A DNA stretch of 64,000 nt, from positions 39 through 64,038 of the forward strand of contig VBMB01000135.1 in assembly GCA_005878525.1 (NCBI GenBank). The letters are read 5' to 3'. This document shows, in pieces, positions 9,949-20,017 of this stretch. A program made the position numbers and the translations under genes. The DNA is from Methanobacteriota archaeon (GTDB taxonomy: Archaea > Thermoplasmatota > Thermoplasmata > RBG-16-68-12). A model generated the notes under the pieces. The model saw only the letters and a program-made list of their open reading frames with translations. It had not been told where the DNA came from and did not search any database. How positions within the stretch are numbered: the first letter of the stretch is position 1; the number at the start of each line of letters is the position of its first letter.

Positions 9949-10278
9949 ATGAGGGAGATGCTCGAGGACCTGATTCGCAAGTTCAACGCGAAGGTCGCGT
10001 CCGATCCCGCGCTCGGAGCGGAGCTCGTCGGCCTCCGGAAGACCGTCCTGATCGAACTGAAGGACGGCACGAAGTATCACTTCACTCTCGCGGATCGGAA
10101 GGTGGCCGGTCTGATCGACGGTGGCGTCGATCCTGCAGACATCACGATTTCCACCGATGCGGACACACTGCGCGGACTCATCCTCCGGGAGATTGGTCCG
10201 TTCAAGGCGTACGCCACCGGCAAGATCAAACTGAAGGGAACTCTCGAGGACCTCGCGCGCTTCCGAAAGTTTTTCTGA
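9949..10278 (+). CDS. SCP2 sterol/lipid carrier domain protein
   Basis: ADITIS..D.L.GL...EIGPFKAYATGKIKLKG. Confidence 0.85.
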   Translation: MREMLEDLIRKFNAKVASDPALGAELVGLRKTVLIELKDGTKYHFTLADRKVAGLIDGGVDPADITISTDADTLRGLILREIGPFKAYATGKIKLKGTLEDLARFRKFF

Positions 10279-10361
10279 GCTGGCGCCCGCGATAGGTTTA
10301 TCCGACACGTTCCAATGCGGACGGACGACCGCCGGCGCGCCGTGGCTCGATGTGCTGAGGT

Positions 10362-10498
10362 AGCGGGGTGGGGTAGCCAGGATATCCCGTCGGGCTCATA
10401 CCCCGGGACTCCCAGGTCCCCGGTGAGACACCCGGAGATCGATGGTTCAAAAGGGCGGTGAGGAACGGCCTCAGGCCCGGAAAGTCCATCCCCCGCTA
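10362..10498 (+). tRNA. Initiator tRNA-Met(CAU) with two introns: 10401-10429 (37/38) and 10452-10484 (59/60)
   Basis: Spliced sequence AGCGGGG...GGGCTCATAACCCGG...GATGGTTCAAATCCATCCCCCGCTA; A1:U72 pair and three G-C anticodon-stem pairs; BHB CTCA/TGAG at intron 1, relaxed BHB TTCA/GGAA at intron 2. Confidence 0.93.
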
Positions 10499-10562
10499 TC
10501 GAGTTCCGACGTCGGCGGCGGTCTCTTCGTTGTGGCCATCGTGTCGATTTCGCAAAGTCCGA

Positions 10563-10592
10563 GAAAGTTAACCTCGTTTAAGGTTAACTTTC
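10563..10592. promoter_or_regulatory. Perfect 12-bp inverted repeat GAAAGTTAACCT-cgttta-AGGTTAACTTTC (operator or recombinase-type site)
   Basis: Read directly; near-copy at 62287-62310. Confidence 0.7.
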
Positions 10593-10685
10593 GGCTCTCT
10601 CCTGTGACTCATCTTGTGGCCTGATTCTCACGACGGAGCTTTTATGCATTATGGGCCGGGTGGTCCGGCGCTCGGCAGGCTTTCA

Positions 10686-11771
10686 ATGGATCGCGTCAAG
10701 ACGGGCGTCGTAGGTCTCGACACGATGCTGACCGGCGGCCTGCTGCCTGCGCGACCGTACGTCGTCTCGGGCCCGACCGGGAGCGGCAAGACGATTCTGG
10801 CCCTCCACTTCCTCCTCGAAGGGCTCCGACAGCAGGAACCGTGTCTTCTGGTCACCCTCGATGAGCCGCCGATCGAGGTCAAGGCGAACATGGCCACGTT
10901 CGGGTGGAACCTGGACCGTCTCAAGATCCTCGATGCGACCCCGGACATCCGCGCGCACAAACGCCAGCGGTCCGTGATCGACGTCGGCACGTCCCTCGAC
11001 GTGCGGGACATGGAGGACGTCACGGAGATCCGCCAGTCCTCCCAGATCCGCGCCCTCGAGGTCACCGTGCACAGCGTACAGAAGATGATCAAACAGGAAT
11101 TCTTGCATCACCTCGAGCGGACGAAGCAGCGATACAAGCGCGTCGTCATCGATTCGATGACCGCGCTGAAGATGTTCGCGATGCAAGGCCAGGACAGCCG
11201 AATCCTGATCCAATCGTTCGTCCGGTTCCTCGCGGAACTGGAGGCGACGACCCTCATCATCTCGGAACGCCTCAACAAGAAGATCCTCGAGACGGAGTTC
11301 TTCCTCGCACGCGGCGAGGTACGGCTCCACAAGTGGATCGACGGAAGTGTGATCCGCCGCGCGATTTCGATCGACAAGTTCCGCGGTTCCTCGTTCGACG
11401 ATCGGATGCATCCAATCTCGATCGGGGACAACGGAATGGTCGTCTACCTGGACGCCCCCGCGCAGACGCGGGTGTCGAGCCCCGCTCCGAAGCCGGGTGA
11501 ATCGCTCCTCGAGACCCGGCTCATCGACGAGGTCTCGAACGTGATTGAGTCGATCATGCGTCACATCGAAGACGCCCATCGACGCCAGGTCCCGATCCGG
11601 GACATCGAGGTGTCGTTGTCTCGAGCAATGCTCGCCTTCCAACGCCGGAACTATCAGAAGGCGATGAAGCTCGCCCTCGCGTGCGACGCGGAAGTCCGAG
11701 AGCGCCTCGCGCAGGCTCCGCCTCCGCCGCCGACCTCGCAGCTGCCGCGTCCGCCCCAGGTGATCCGCTGA
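10686..11771 (+). CDS. KaiC/RAD55-like single-domain ATPase with C-terminal helical extension
   Basis: KTGVVGLD, Walker A GPTGSGKT, RVVIDS, KFRGS; extra helical domain and Pro-rich tail. Confidence 0.9.
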   Translation: MDRVKTGVVGLDTMLTGGLLPARPYVVSGPTGSGKTILALHFLLEGLRQQEPCLLVTLDEPPIEVKANMATFGWNLDRLKILDATPDIRAHKRQRSVIDVGTSLDVRDMEDVTEIRQSSQIRALEVTVHSVQKMIKQEFLHHLERTKQRYKRVVIDSMTALKMFAMQGQDSRILIQSFVRFLAELEATTLIISERLNKKILETEFFLARGEVRLHKWIDGSVIRRAISIDKFRGSSFDDRMHPISIGDNGMVVYLDAPAQTRVSSPAPKPGESLLETRLIDEVSNVIESIMRHIEDAHRRQVPIRDIEVSLSRAMLAFQRRNYQKAMKLALACDAEVRERLAQAPPPPPTSQLPRPPQVIR

Positions 11772-12550
11772 CCGCCGCGGCCAAGATCCGGACCGGCATC
11801 CCGGGTCTCGACAAGATGCTGCACGGCGGCTACGTCCCGGGACGGCCGTACATCGTCTCGGGTCCTCCGGGCGCCGGCAAGACGATCCTCGCGATGCAGT
11901 TCCTGCGGGAGGGCCTGGAAGGCGGGGAGCGATGCCTGTTCGTGGCCCTCGAAGAGCCCCCGAACGAGCTGAAGATCAACATGCGCGGATTCCGCTGGAA
12001 CCTGGACGACCTCGACGTCCTCGACGCGAACTCCGATATCCGACGGTTCGAGCCCACGCCGATCCTCGAGATCTCCACGGAGGAAGAGCCCGCGAAGATG
12101 CGAGCGATCGGGGAGCGGATCCGGAAGACACCGGACTTCGAGAGCAAAGAAGTCACGGTCCACTCGTTGCAGCAACTGCTGAAGAACCTGTTCCTGAAGA
12201 GAAACTACGAGCGCGTCGTGATCGATTCGATGACGGCCCTCAAATATTTCTGCATGCGCGAGTTCGAGGAGACCGTCACGACGCAGTCGTTCATGCGATA
12301 CCTCGCGGAGTCGAAGGTCACTTCGCTGCTCACCCTCGAGCTCCCGGAGGAAGGCGAAGTCCCTCCGGAGGCGTTCCTGGCGCGCGGGGAGCTCCGCCTC
12401 CACAAACTCCGGGACGAGACGGGCATCAAGCGCTTCCTGTCCGTCGAGAAGTACAAAGGCTCGTCCCACGACGAGTCCGTGTATCCGTTCGAGATCACGA
12501 ACGCCGGGATCGTGATCAACATGGCCCCGATGGCCGCGACGGCCCACTGA
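11768..12550 (+). CDS. KaiC/RAD55-like single-domain ATPase (probable CTG start overlapping the upstream TGA)
   Basis: KIRTGIPGLD, GPPGAGKT, LEEP, RVVIDS, KYKGS; SD AGGTGAT before CTG. Confidence 0.88.
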   Translation: MTAAAKIRTGIPGLDKMLHGGYVPGRPYIVSGPPGAGKTILAMQFLREGLEGGERCLFVALEEPPNELKINMRGFRWNLDDLDVLDANSDIRRFEPTPILEISTEEEPAKMRAIGERIRKTPDFESKEVTVHSLQQLLKNLFLKRNYERVVIDSMTALKYFCMREFEETVTTQSFMRYLAESKVTSLLTLELPEEGEVPPEAFLARGELRLHKLRDETGIKRFLSVEKYKGSSHDESVYPFEITNAGIVINMAPMAATAH

Positions 12551-12679
12551 AGCCCCTTTTCCGTGGCAGCCCTTCGGCGGATGTCAACGCGGCGTTTGTC
12601 AGACAGATGTATGACTACTTTTAAATAGGGCAAGATGGATTCGTCCGCCCGTCAGTCTCCATCGGGATGGGATGGCACA

Positions 12680-13816
12680 ATGAAATCACTTCTCAACGAA
12701 GCCCTGGCCCGGCACCAGGAAGCCGAGGCGAAGGAAGAGCGCGAGTCCGAGAAAGCCAAGGCCGTGGAAAAGAAGAAGAACGGCGACGACGAAGAGATCG
12801 AAAAGATTGTGGAGTCGATCAATGTCTCGATCAAGATCGTCGGCTGCGGCGGGGGCGGATCGAACACGATCAACCGATGCAGCGAGGCCGGGATCACGGG
12901 CGCGCAGCTGGCCGCCGTGAACACGGACGCCAAGCACCTGCTCTCCGTCCACGCGCCGAAGAAGATCCTCATCGGCAAGCGCCTCACGAAAGGCCTCGGT
13001 GCCGGAGCCCTCCCGGAGGTCGGCGAACAGGCCGCCCACGAGAACGAGGAAGAGATTCGAGACTTCCTCCGCGGTTCTCACGTCGTGTTCATCACCGCGG
13101 GCATGGGCGGCGGGACCGGGACCGGCTCCGCACAGTACGTCGCCCGCGTCGCGAAGGAGGAAGGCGCCCTCACGATGGGCGTCGTCACGATGCCCTTCAA
13201 GTCCGAAGGCCGCATCCGGATGGAGAACGCGGAGGCCGGCCTGGACAAGCTCCGCAAGTTCAGCGACACGACGATCGTCATCTACAACGACAAGCTCCTC
13301 GAGCTCGTGCCCCGACTGCCGATCAACGCCGCGTTCAAGGTCGCGGACGAAATCCTGATGCAGTCGATCAAAGGCATGACGGAGATCATCACGAAGCCCG
13401 GCCTCGTGAACCTCGACTACGCGGACCTCATGACGATCATGAAGGGCGGCGGGGTCGCGATGATCGGAATCGGCGAGAGCGAGGAAGAGCGGGACCGGAT
13501 CGACTACGCGATCAACGAGGCCCTGGAATCCCCGTTGCTCGGCGAGGTCGACCTGACCCACGCCCGCGGCGCCCTCGTGCGCGTCGTCGGCGGACCCGAC
13601 TTGACCGTGTCCGAGGCGGAGAAGGCCGCGGAGATTGTGGGCCAGAAGATCAACCCGCAGGCGCGGATCATCTGGGGTTGTTCCGTCGAGGACGACCTGC
13701 AGAACACGGTTCGCGTGCTCCTGGTGATCACGGGCGTCAAGTCGAAGTCGCTCCTCGGCAAGGACGTGTACACGGGCCTCGTCAAGACGTCCGCCGAAGT
13801 GGACGAAGTACACTGA
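12680..13816 (+). CDS. ftsZ: Cell division protein FtsZ
   Basis: [31 protein letters not shown]. Confidence 0.98.
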   Translation: MKSLLNEALARHQEAEAKEERESEKAKAVEKKKNGDDEEIEKIVESINVSIKIVGCGGGGSNTINRCSEAGITGAQLAAVNTDAKHLLSVHAPKKILIGKRLTKGLGAGALPEVGEQAAHENEEEIRDFLRGSHVVFITAGMGGGTGTGSAQYVARVAKEEGALTMGVVTMPFKSEGRIRMENAEAGLDKLRKFSDTTIVIYNDKLLELVPRLPINAAFKVADEILMQSIKGMTEIITKPGLVNLDYADLMTIMKGGGVAMIGIGESEEERDRIDYAINEALESPLLGEVDLTHARGALVRVVGGPDLTVSEAEKAAEIVGQKINPQARIIWGCSVEDDLQNTVRVLLVITGVKSKSLLGKDVYTGLVKTSAEVDEVH

Positions 13817-13868
13817 CCTCCTCCTCTTTTTACCCGAACCTTTTTCCATTTCTCCCCCATCGCCGAGC

Positions 13869-14198
13869 GTGAGCACGCACCGCCCGCGGTATCGATACAT
13901 CGCGTTCCGGGTTGACGGGTCACGGCCGTTCCGACGCGAAGAGGTGCTGGAGGCCCTGCGGACGACGTCGCCGCGACTCTGGCTCGTCGACTTCGCGGGG
14001 ACGTTGGGCCTCGTCCGGACCACCCATCTCGAGAAAGACGCCGCGATTCATGCGCTGAACGACATCGGTGCCATCGGCGGAGAAACGGTCCGCGTGACGA
14101 CGGTCGGCACATCGGGAACGATTCGCGCGGCGACTCGCAAATACTTGGACCGCGCGGACAGCGCTCGCCGAGAACACAAAAAGAACCCTTATAAGTGA
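13869..14198 (+). CDS. rnp2: RNase P protein Pop5/Rpp14
   Basis: RPRYRYIAFRV ... VGTSGTIR; upstream of proteasome alpha. Confidence 0.85.
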   Translation: MSTHRPRYRYIAFRVDGSRPFRREEVLEALRTTSPRLWLVDFAGTLGLVRTTHLEKDAAIHALNDIGAIGGETVRVTTVGTSGTIRAATRKYLDRADSARREHKKNPYK

Positions 14199-14228
14199 CC
14201 GCTTGATTAGCGGCCCGAGGTTTATCAT

Positions 14229-14954
14229 ATGCAGCCGGGCCAGATGGCGTACGACCGCGCGATTACGGTCTTCAGCCCAGACGGCCGCCTGTTCCAGGTG
14301 GAATACGCTCGCGTGGCGGTCACGCGGGGCAACACCACCGTGGGTCTGAAGTTCAAGAACGGCATCGTGCTGATGGCCGACAAGAAGATCGGATCGCGGC
14401 TCGTCGAAACGTCGTCGATCGAGAAGATCTTCCAGATCGACGAACACGTCGGGGCGGCGACATCCGGCCTCGTAGCCGATGCGCGGGTCCTCGTGGACTA
14501 TGCCCGGCTCGTCGCGCAGATCAACAAGGTCACGTACAGCGAGAAGATCGGGGTCGACCTCCTCGTGAAGCGGATTTGCGACTACAAACAGAACTACACC
14601 CAGTACGGCGGCGTGCGTCCGTTCGGGACGGCGCTCCTCGTCGCGGGCGTGGACGACCTCGGAACCCATCTGTTCGAGACGGACCCGAGCGGCGCCCTCG
14701 TGTCGTACAAGGCCGGGAGCATCGGTCAGGGACGCCAGGCGGTCATGGAACTCCTCGAGGAGAAGTACAAGGAGAACATGGCCCAGGACGACGCGATGAT
14801 CCTCGGCCTGCAGGGCCTCCAAAAGGCCGCGGAAGGCGAGAAGCTCGACGCCCGCGCGATCGAGGTCGGCCTGATCGTCGAGGGGGAGAAGTTCCGACGG
14901 CTCTCGGAGACCGAAGTCGGTCAGTATCTCACCCGGATCCCGACGGCGTCTTAG
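14229..14954 (+). CDS. psmA: Proteasome subunit alpha
   Basis: YDRAITVFSPDGRLFQVEYA, GGVRPFG. Confidence 0.98.
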   Translation: MQPGQMAYDRAITVFSPDGRLFQVEYARVAVTRGNTTVGLKFKNGIVLMADKKIGSRLVETSSIEKIFQIDEHVGAATSGLVADARVLVDYARLVAQINKVTYSEKIGVDLLVKRICDYKQNYTQYGGVRPFGTALLVAGVDDLGTHLFETDPSGALVSYKAGSIGQGRQAVMELLEEKYKENMAQDDAMILGLQGLQKAAEGEKLDARAIEVGLIVEGEKFRRLSETEVGQYLTRIPTAS

Positions 14955-14966
14955 GCGAGCGAGGTC

Positions 14967-15707
14967 ATGCCTAAAGAGCTCCGATCGGACCGTCGCGACG
15001 ATATCTTCAAGGAATATGTGATTGCCCGCATCGAGAAGGCGGGCGAGAAGTTCGAGGTCCTCGTGAAGCCGGACGCGGTCCAGCGGATCCGGGACGGCAA
15101 AGAGGTCGATCTCCTTCGGGAGCTCGCGATCGACGAGATTTTCAAGGATGCGCACAAGGGCTCGAAAGCGTCCGAGGAGAAGATGATGGAATTCTTCGGG
15201 ACCACGGAGCCCCTCGCGGTCGCCAAGCAGATCGTCCAACGCGGCGAGATTCAGCTGACGACCGAGCAGCGGCGCCAGATGTTGGAGGCGAAGCACAAAC
15301 AGATTGTGCAGTACATCGCCGCGAATGCGATCAACCCCCAGACGGGGGCGCCCCATCCTCCGCAGCGGATCGAGAACGCGATGGAGGAGGCGAAGGTCCA
15401 CGTCGACCCGTTCAAGAGCATCGAGGAGCAGGTGAAGGAGGTCCTCGACGCCCTCCGGCCTCTCATCCCAATTCGCTTCGAGAAGGTTCGGATCGCGGTG
15501 AAGCTCAGCGCCGAGGACAGCGCGAAGGCCTACGGGGACATCAAGTCGTTCGGCACGATCGTCAAGGAAGAATGGTCTCCCACCGGAGCCTGGATCGGCG
15601 TGGTCGAGATGCCGGCCGGCTTGCAGACCGAGTTCCTGGAAAGGCTGAACGCGAAGACGAAAGGAAACGTCGAGACTCGGATCCTCAAGGCCGAGCAGCG
15701 CATTTGA
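14967..15707 (+). CDS. Ribosome maturation factor SBDS/SDO1
   Basis: [33 protein letters not shown]. Confidence 0.96.
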   Translation: MPKELRSDRRDDIFKEYVIARIEKAGEKFEVLVKPDAVQRIRDGKEVDLLRELAIDEIFKDAHKGSKASEEKMMEFFGTTEPLAVAKQIVQRGEIQLTTEQRRQMLEAKHKQIVQYIAANAINPQTGAPHPPQRIENAMEEAKVHVDPFKSIEEQVKEVLDALRPLIPIRFEKVRIAVKLSAEDSAKAYGDIKSFGTIVKEEWSPTGAWIGVVEMPAGLQTEFLERLNAKTKGNVETRILKAEQRI

Positions 15708-15803
15708 GATTTGCAGACCGGCCATCCGATCCGGATCGCCGATTAACCGGAAGCCTCAAGTAGCCGCCTCGGTTTCGACGCGTTGCGTGAGAGAGAGATA
15801 CCA

Positions 15804-16502
15804 ATGCAGAGCAGTGGGGCGCTCCGCCCGATTGTCATTCCGGGCGAAGCCGTCGGCGGCCCTGGGCTGAAACCCGGGCCTGGCACATACAGCGAAGGCG
15901 GACGTGTTTTCGCGGCACAACTGGGCATTCGGAACGAGCACGAGGGCCTCGTCAGCGTGATCCCGCTCAACGGGCGGTACATCCCGCAACGGGGCGACGC
16001 CGTCATCGGCGAGGTGGTCGACCAAGGCCCATCCCATTGGCTCGTCGATATCAACTCTCCGTATCCCGCTCCCCTCCACGCGACGGAATCGCCCTGGCGG
16101 GTCGAATTCGGCGACACCGCGCGGTACCTGAAGGTCGGCGACGTGATCATGTGTCATGTCCTGAGCGTCGACGAGATCAAGCGCGTCCAACTGACGATGC
16201 AGGAGCGCGAGGCCCGACGCCTGACCGGTGGCATGGTGATCGAGATCTCGCCCACCAAGGTCCCGCGGGTGATCGGCAAGCAAGGGAGCATGGTGTCTCT
16301 GATCATGGACCTGACCGGGTGTCGCATCTACGTGGGGCAGAACGGGCGGATCTGGCTGGACGGGGATGACCGCAGCGCCGCGATCGCGACGATGGCGATC
16401 CGCCTGATCGAGGAGCGGGCCCAGGCGGTCGGCCTGACGGAAGCCGTGCGCGAACTAATCGAGCGGGAGAAAGGACGAGGGCGAGGGCCGAGGCCCTCCT
16501 AA
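15804..16502 (+). CDS. rrp4: Exosome RNA-binding subunit Rrp4
   Basis: VIPGE, YIPQRGDAVIG (S1), KVPRVIGKQGSM (KH), VGQNGRIW. Confidence 0.95.
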   Translation: MQSSGALRPIVIPGEAVGGPGLKPGPGTYSEGGRVFAAQLGIRNEHEGLVSVIPLNGRYIPQRGDAVIGEVVDQGPSHWLVDINSPYPAPLHATESPWRVEFGDTARYLKVGDVIMCHVLSVDEIKRVQLTMQEREARRLTGGMVIEISPTKVPRVIGKQGSMVSLIMDLTGCRIYVGQNGRIWLDGDDRSAAIATMAIRLIEERAQAVGLTEAVRELIEREKGRGRGPRPS

Positions 16503-16514
16503 GGAAGGTTTTCC

Positions 16515-17345
16515 ATGGAAGACATCGAGCACATCGAAAAAGAGATGAAACTGATTAACTCCGACGGACGCCGACTGGATGGCCGGTCGTTCGATGAGTT
16601 GCGACCGATTCGGATCGAAGCGGGCGTCTTGCGGCGGGCGGACGGTTCCGCGTACATCGAATGGGGCGGGAACAAGGTCCTCGCGGCGGTGTACGGTCCG
16701 CGCGAAGCGCACCCGAGGCACCTCCAGGATCCCGCGCGGGCCCTCGTCCAGTGCCGGTACAACATGGCGCCCTTCAGCGTGTCCGACCGAAAGCGGCCCG
16801 GACCCGATCGGCGGTCCGTGGAGATTTCGAAGGTCATTTCCGAGGCGTTCAGCTCGGTCGTCTTCAAGGAACAGTTCCCGCGCACGTCGGTCGACATCTT
16901 CATCGAGGTCCTCCAAGCGGACGCAGGGACGCGATGTGCCGGTCTGACGGCGGCCAGTGTTGCCCTCGCCGACGCGGGGGTCCCGATGCGCGACCTCGTC
17001 ACCTCGTGCGCCTCAGGGAAGATCGACGACGTCGTCTGCCTCGACCTCAACAAAGACGAAGACAACTTCGGGGATGCGGACTGCCCCATGGCCATCGTGC
17101 CCCGGACCGGGGATGTCGTCCTCTTGCAGATGGACGGCCACCTCACGTACGACGAGTTCCAGAAGGCGATGGGCCTGTCCATCGACGCGACGAAGCGGAT
17201 CTACGAGATGCAGCGCGATGCGCTCCGACGTCGCTATTCCGTCACCCTCGAAGACATCCTGAAGGAGGCGCCTCCCGCGGCGGCACCGGTCGAGCCGGAG
17301 CCCGAACAGCCGCGCGAAGACGACTTCGGCCCGGAGGGGATCTGA
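16515..17345 (+). CDS. rrp41: Exosome catalytic subunit Rrp41
   Basis: [29 protein letters not shown]. Confidence 0.97.
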   Translation: MEDIEHIEKEMKLINSDGRRLDGRSFDELRPIRIEAGVLRRADGSAYIEWGGNKVLAAVYGPREAHPRHLQDPARALVQCRYNMAPFSVSDRKRPGPDRRSVEISKVISEAFSSVVFKEQFPRTSVDIFIEVLQADAGTRCAGLTAASVALADAGVPMRDLVTSCASGKIDDVVCLDLNKDEDNFGDADCPMAIVPRTGDVVLLQMDGHLTYDEFQKAMGLSIDATKRIYEMQRDALRRRYSVTLEDILKEAPPAAAPVEPEPEQPREDDFGPEGI

Positions 17346-18124
17346 TGAGCGAAGAGATCGTCTCCGAGCTGATGCGGGCCCACGTCTATCGTCTCGCATC
17401 GACGGGACAGCGGGTCGACGGACGTCGCCTCGACGAGCCTCGGAAGGTGAGCGTCGCCCGGTCGTTCGTCAAGACGGCCGAAGGAAGCGCCCGCGTGAAG
17501 CTCGGGAACACCGACGTACTGGTCGGCATCAAGATGTCCGTCGGCGAACCGTATCCCGACACCCCGAACACCGGGGTCCTTTCGACGAGCGTCGAATTGA
17601 TCCCGATGGCGAGTCCCACCTTCGAAGCCGGCCCACCGCGGCCCGATGCGATCGAGCTCGCCCGGGTCGTCGACCGCGGGATCCGCGAGTCGAAGATGGT
17701 GAACATGGAGCGGCTGTGTATCACACCGAAAGAGAAGGTCTGGATCCTGTTCATCGACATCCACGTCCTCGATTACGACGGGAATCTGTTCGATGCCTGC
17801 TCGTACGGCGCGGTCGCGGCCCTCTCCTCGACGATTGCGCCGGCGAAGGGCCAAGGCCTTGGCGACGACTTCCCGCTCCCGGTGGAGCACTGGCCCGTCA
17901 GCGTGACGACCGCGAAGATCAAGGACCTCTTGCTCGTCGATCCGAGCCTCGACGAGGAGCGCATGGCCGATGCTCGACTCACCGTCACGACGGATGAGAA
18001 CGGCGACATCCGCGCGATGCAAAAAGGCTTAAGTGGAAGCTTTACTTACGAAGAGGTGAAGCGGATTATCGAGACGGCCCAGCGCGTCGGCCGCGACATC
18101 CGCCCGCTCCTTCAATCCTCCTGA
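17345..18124 (+). CDS. rrp42: Exosome subunit Rrp42
   Basis: RVDGR, AEGSARVKLG, ELARVVDRGIRES, DYDGNLFDA; start overlaps rrp41 stop. Confidence 0.97.
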   Translation: MSEEIVSELMRAHVYRLASTGQRVDGRRLDEPRKVSVARSFVKTAEGSARVKLGNTDVLVGIKMSVGEPYPDTPNTGVLSTSVELIPMASPTFEAGPPRPDAIELARVVDRGIRESKMVNMERLCITPKEKVWILFIDIHVLDYDGNLFDACSYGAVAALSSTIAPAKGQGLGDDFPLPVEHWPVSVTTAKIKDLLLVDPSLDEERMADARLTVTTDENGDIRAMQKGLSGSFTYEEVKRIIETAQRVGRDIRPLLQSS

Positions 18125-18132
18125 GATCCTCC

Positions 18133-18420
18133 ATGGCCCGTCGCACGCGAAAGGCAGGCATCGTCGCCCGTTTCGGCCCCCGCTACGGGGTGCGAATCCG
18201 CCGCCGCGTCCAAGAAATCGAGGAGGGCCTGAAAGGGCGGCACACGTGTCCACGGTGCGCCGCGATCTCGGTCCGTCGGAAATCGACGGGCGTCTGGGCG
18301 TGCCGCCGATGCGGCTACGTCTTCGCCGGCGGGGCCTACCGGCCGATCGTGACGACCTCGTTCAAGCGGGAGGTCACGGAGACCGCGCCGAAGCCGGAAG
18401 CGAAGGCGGAGGAGGCCTGA
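18133..18420 (+). CDS. rpl37ae: 50S ribosomal protein L37ae (eL43)
   Basis: RFGPRYG, CPRC...TGVWACRRCG..FAGGAY. Confidence 0.97.
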   Translation: MARRTRKAGIVARFGPRYGVRIRRRVQEIEEGLKGRHTCPRCAAISVRRKSTGVWACRRCGYVFAGGAYRPIVTTSFKREVTETAPKPEAKAEEA

Positions 18421-18421
18421 C

Positions 18422-18556
18422 ATGTACAAGTGCGCGAAGTGCCTGGAGCCGATCCGGGCGAACATCAACACGGTCGGGATTCAGTGCGAGCGCTGCGGCT
18501 CCAAGATGTTCTACAAAGAGCGTCCGAACGTGAAGAAGGTCGTCAAGGCGCGATGA
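18422..18556 (+). CDS. rpoP: RNA polymerase subunit P (Rpo12); below the ORF-track cutoff
   Basis: MYKCAKC...CERCGSKMFYKERPNVKKVVKAR, 44 aa, canonical position after rpl37ae. Confidence 0.93.
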   Translation: MYKCAKCLEPIRANINTVGIQCERCGSKMFYKERPNVKKVVKAR

Positions 18557-18792
18557 CCATGCGGCGCGCGACGATCGTGCTTTCCGGTCCTGAGGCCGGC
18601 GTGGTGTACGAGGCGTTGCGGCCGGAGACCGGACGCGACGTCCCGAAGGCACGCGTCGCGATGCGCTCGGCCCCCGGTCGCCTCACCCTCACGATCGACG
18701 CGGACGACACGGGTGCGCTGCGAGCCGCCGTGAACTCGTACCTGCGCTGGGCCGATGTCGCGGCCCGCGTTCGCCACGAGGTGAAGGCGTGA
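18553..18792 (+). CDS. pcc1: KEOPS complex subunit Pcc1
   Basis: VYEALRPE...LTIDADDTGALRAAVNSYLRW. Confidence 0.9.
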   Translation: MTMRRATIVLSGPEAGVVYEALRPETGRDVPKARVAMRSAPGRLTLTIDADDTGALRAAVNSYLRWADVAARVRHEVKA

Positions 18793-19157
18793 AGGACATT
18801 TCCCCGCAGCTTCAGAACCAGATCGCCCAGTACCAACAGCTGCAGAACCAGCTCCAGGTCCTCGGCAGCCAACGCGTCCAACTCGAGGCGAAGCTGCGCG
18901 AGATCGAAGGGACCTTGGAGGAACTGAGCAAGATTAAGGACGATACGCCGGTGTACAAGAGCATCGGGATGCTGCTCGTCCGGCAGGACGATCGCGAGGC
19001 ACTGAAGAAAGAGCTCGAGGAGCACAAGGAGACCCTCACGATCCGGGTGAAGTCCCTCCAGAAGCAGGAGAAGGCCCTCACGCAGCGATACGAGGACCTC
19101 GCGACGAAAATCCAGTCGGCTCTCGGCACCGCGCCGACGCCGGCGGACAACGGCTGA
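18789..19157 (+). CDS. pfdB: Prefoldin subunit beta
   Basis: QQLQNQLQ coiled coil, VYKSIGMLLV hairpin. Confidence 0.95.
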   Translation: MKDISPQLQNQIAQYQQLQNQLQVLGSQRVQLEAKLREIEGTLEELSKIKDDTPVYKSIGMLLVRQDDREALKKELEEHKETLTIRVKSLQKQEKALTQRYEDLATKIQSALGTAPTPADNG

Positions 19158-19213
19158 TTCCCTCCTGATGCGACGCTGCAAATCCTTATATCGGCACGTC
19201 CATTGGCACACCC

Positions 19214-19990
19214 GTGGCCGATGATTCCGGCTCTTCGGATGCCCAAGAGGTAACGGAGGAAGAGGCCGAGGAAGCGACGGACGAGGCGACGGACGACGCG
19301 ACCGAGGAGACGGCCCCGGCGGTCCGGCCGCCATCGCCGTTCAGCCGCGCGAGCCTGTCCCGGTTCCTCATGATTTTCCTGTTCCTCCTCGCGCTGTACG
19401 CGATCATCGACCAGCAAGTGGGGCTCGGGTTCGCGCGCGGGGCGGACGCGATCCTGTTCCCGCTCTTCGGCTTCGGTGGGACCCTTCCGGTCCTGACGAT
19501 TCTCCTCGCGGGCATCTTGACGACGACGATCGGCTCGATCATCCGGGACCACTACACGAACTGGGTGAAGATGGCCCGCACGCAGAAGGTCATGTCGGCG
19601 TGGCGGAAAGAGAATATGGAAGCCATGCGAAAGGGCCAGCAAACGAGGCTCGCGCAGCTCAAGGAAGTCCAGAAGGGGTTCGCGAAGGACCAGATGGACA
19701 TGATGTCGACGCCGTACAAGTCAACGGCGTGGACGATCTTCCTGTTCATCGTGATCTTCACGTGGCTCCGGCTCTTTGTCGACGTCGTGCTGCAGGCCCG
19801 CGGGAACCAGTGGATCGCGGTGCCGTGGTCGAACCACGTGTTCCTGAATAACCCGGGCTACGTGTTCCCGGCCTGGGTCCTGCTGTACTCTCTGCTCGCC
19901 ATCCCGTTCGGGCAGATCGTTGTCCGCGTCCTGAAGTACATCCGGTTCCGACGGCGTCTCCAGGCGATGGGCGTTCCGCTCCGGGAGTGA
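19214..19990 (+). CDS. DUF106 / EMC3-TMCO1-like (Oxa1 superfamily) membrane protein
   Basis: TM helices flanking a cytoplasmic coiled coil, C-terminal W..LY.L motif, position before cmk. Confidence 0.85.
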   Translation: MADDSGSSDAQEVTEEEAEEATDEATDDATEETAPAVRPPSPFSRASLSRFLMIFLFLLALYAIIDQQVGLGFARGADAILFPLFGFGGTLPVLTILLAGILTTTIGSIIRDHYTNWVKMARTQKVMSAWRKENMEAMRKGQQTRLAQLKEVQKGFAKDQMDMMSTPYKSTAWTIFLFIVIFTWLRLFVDVVLQARGNQWIAVPWSNHVFLNNPGYVFPAWVLLYSLLAIPFGQIVVRVLKYIRFRRRLQAMGVPLRE

Positions 19991-20017
19991 GTGGACGAGA
20001 CCGCCTGAGGGACGTCG

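Noticed and set aside
10498..10560. Integrated element at tRNA-iMet or tRNA-Ser 3' ends
   Set aside because: No integrase and no repeated tRNA 3' end (att) found in the window
10686..12550. Circadian kaiABC clock
   Set aside because: Single-domain ATPases, no kaiA/kaiB and no ST phosphosites
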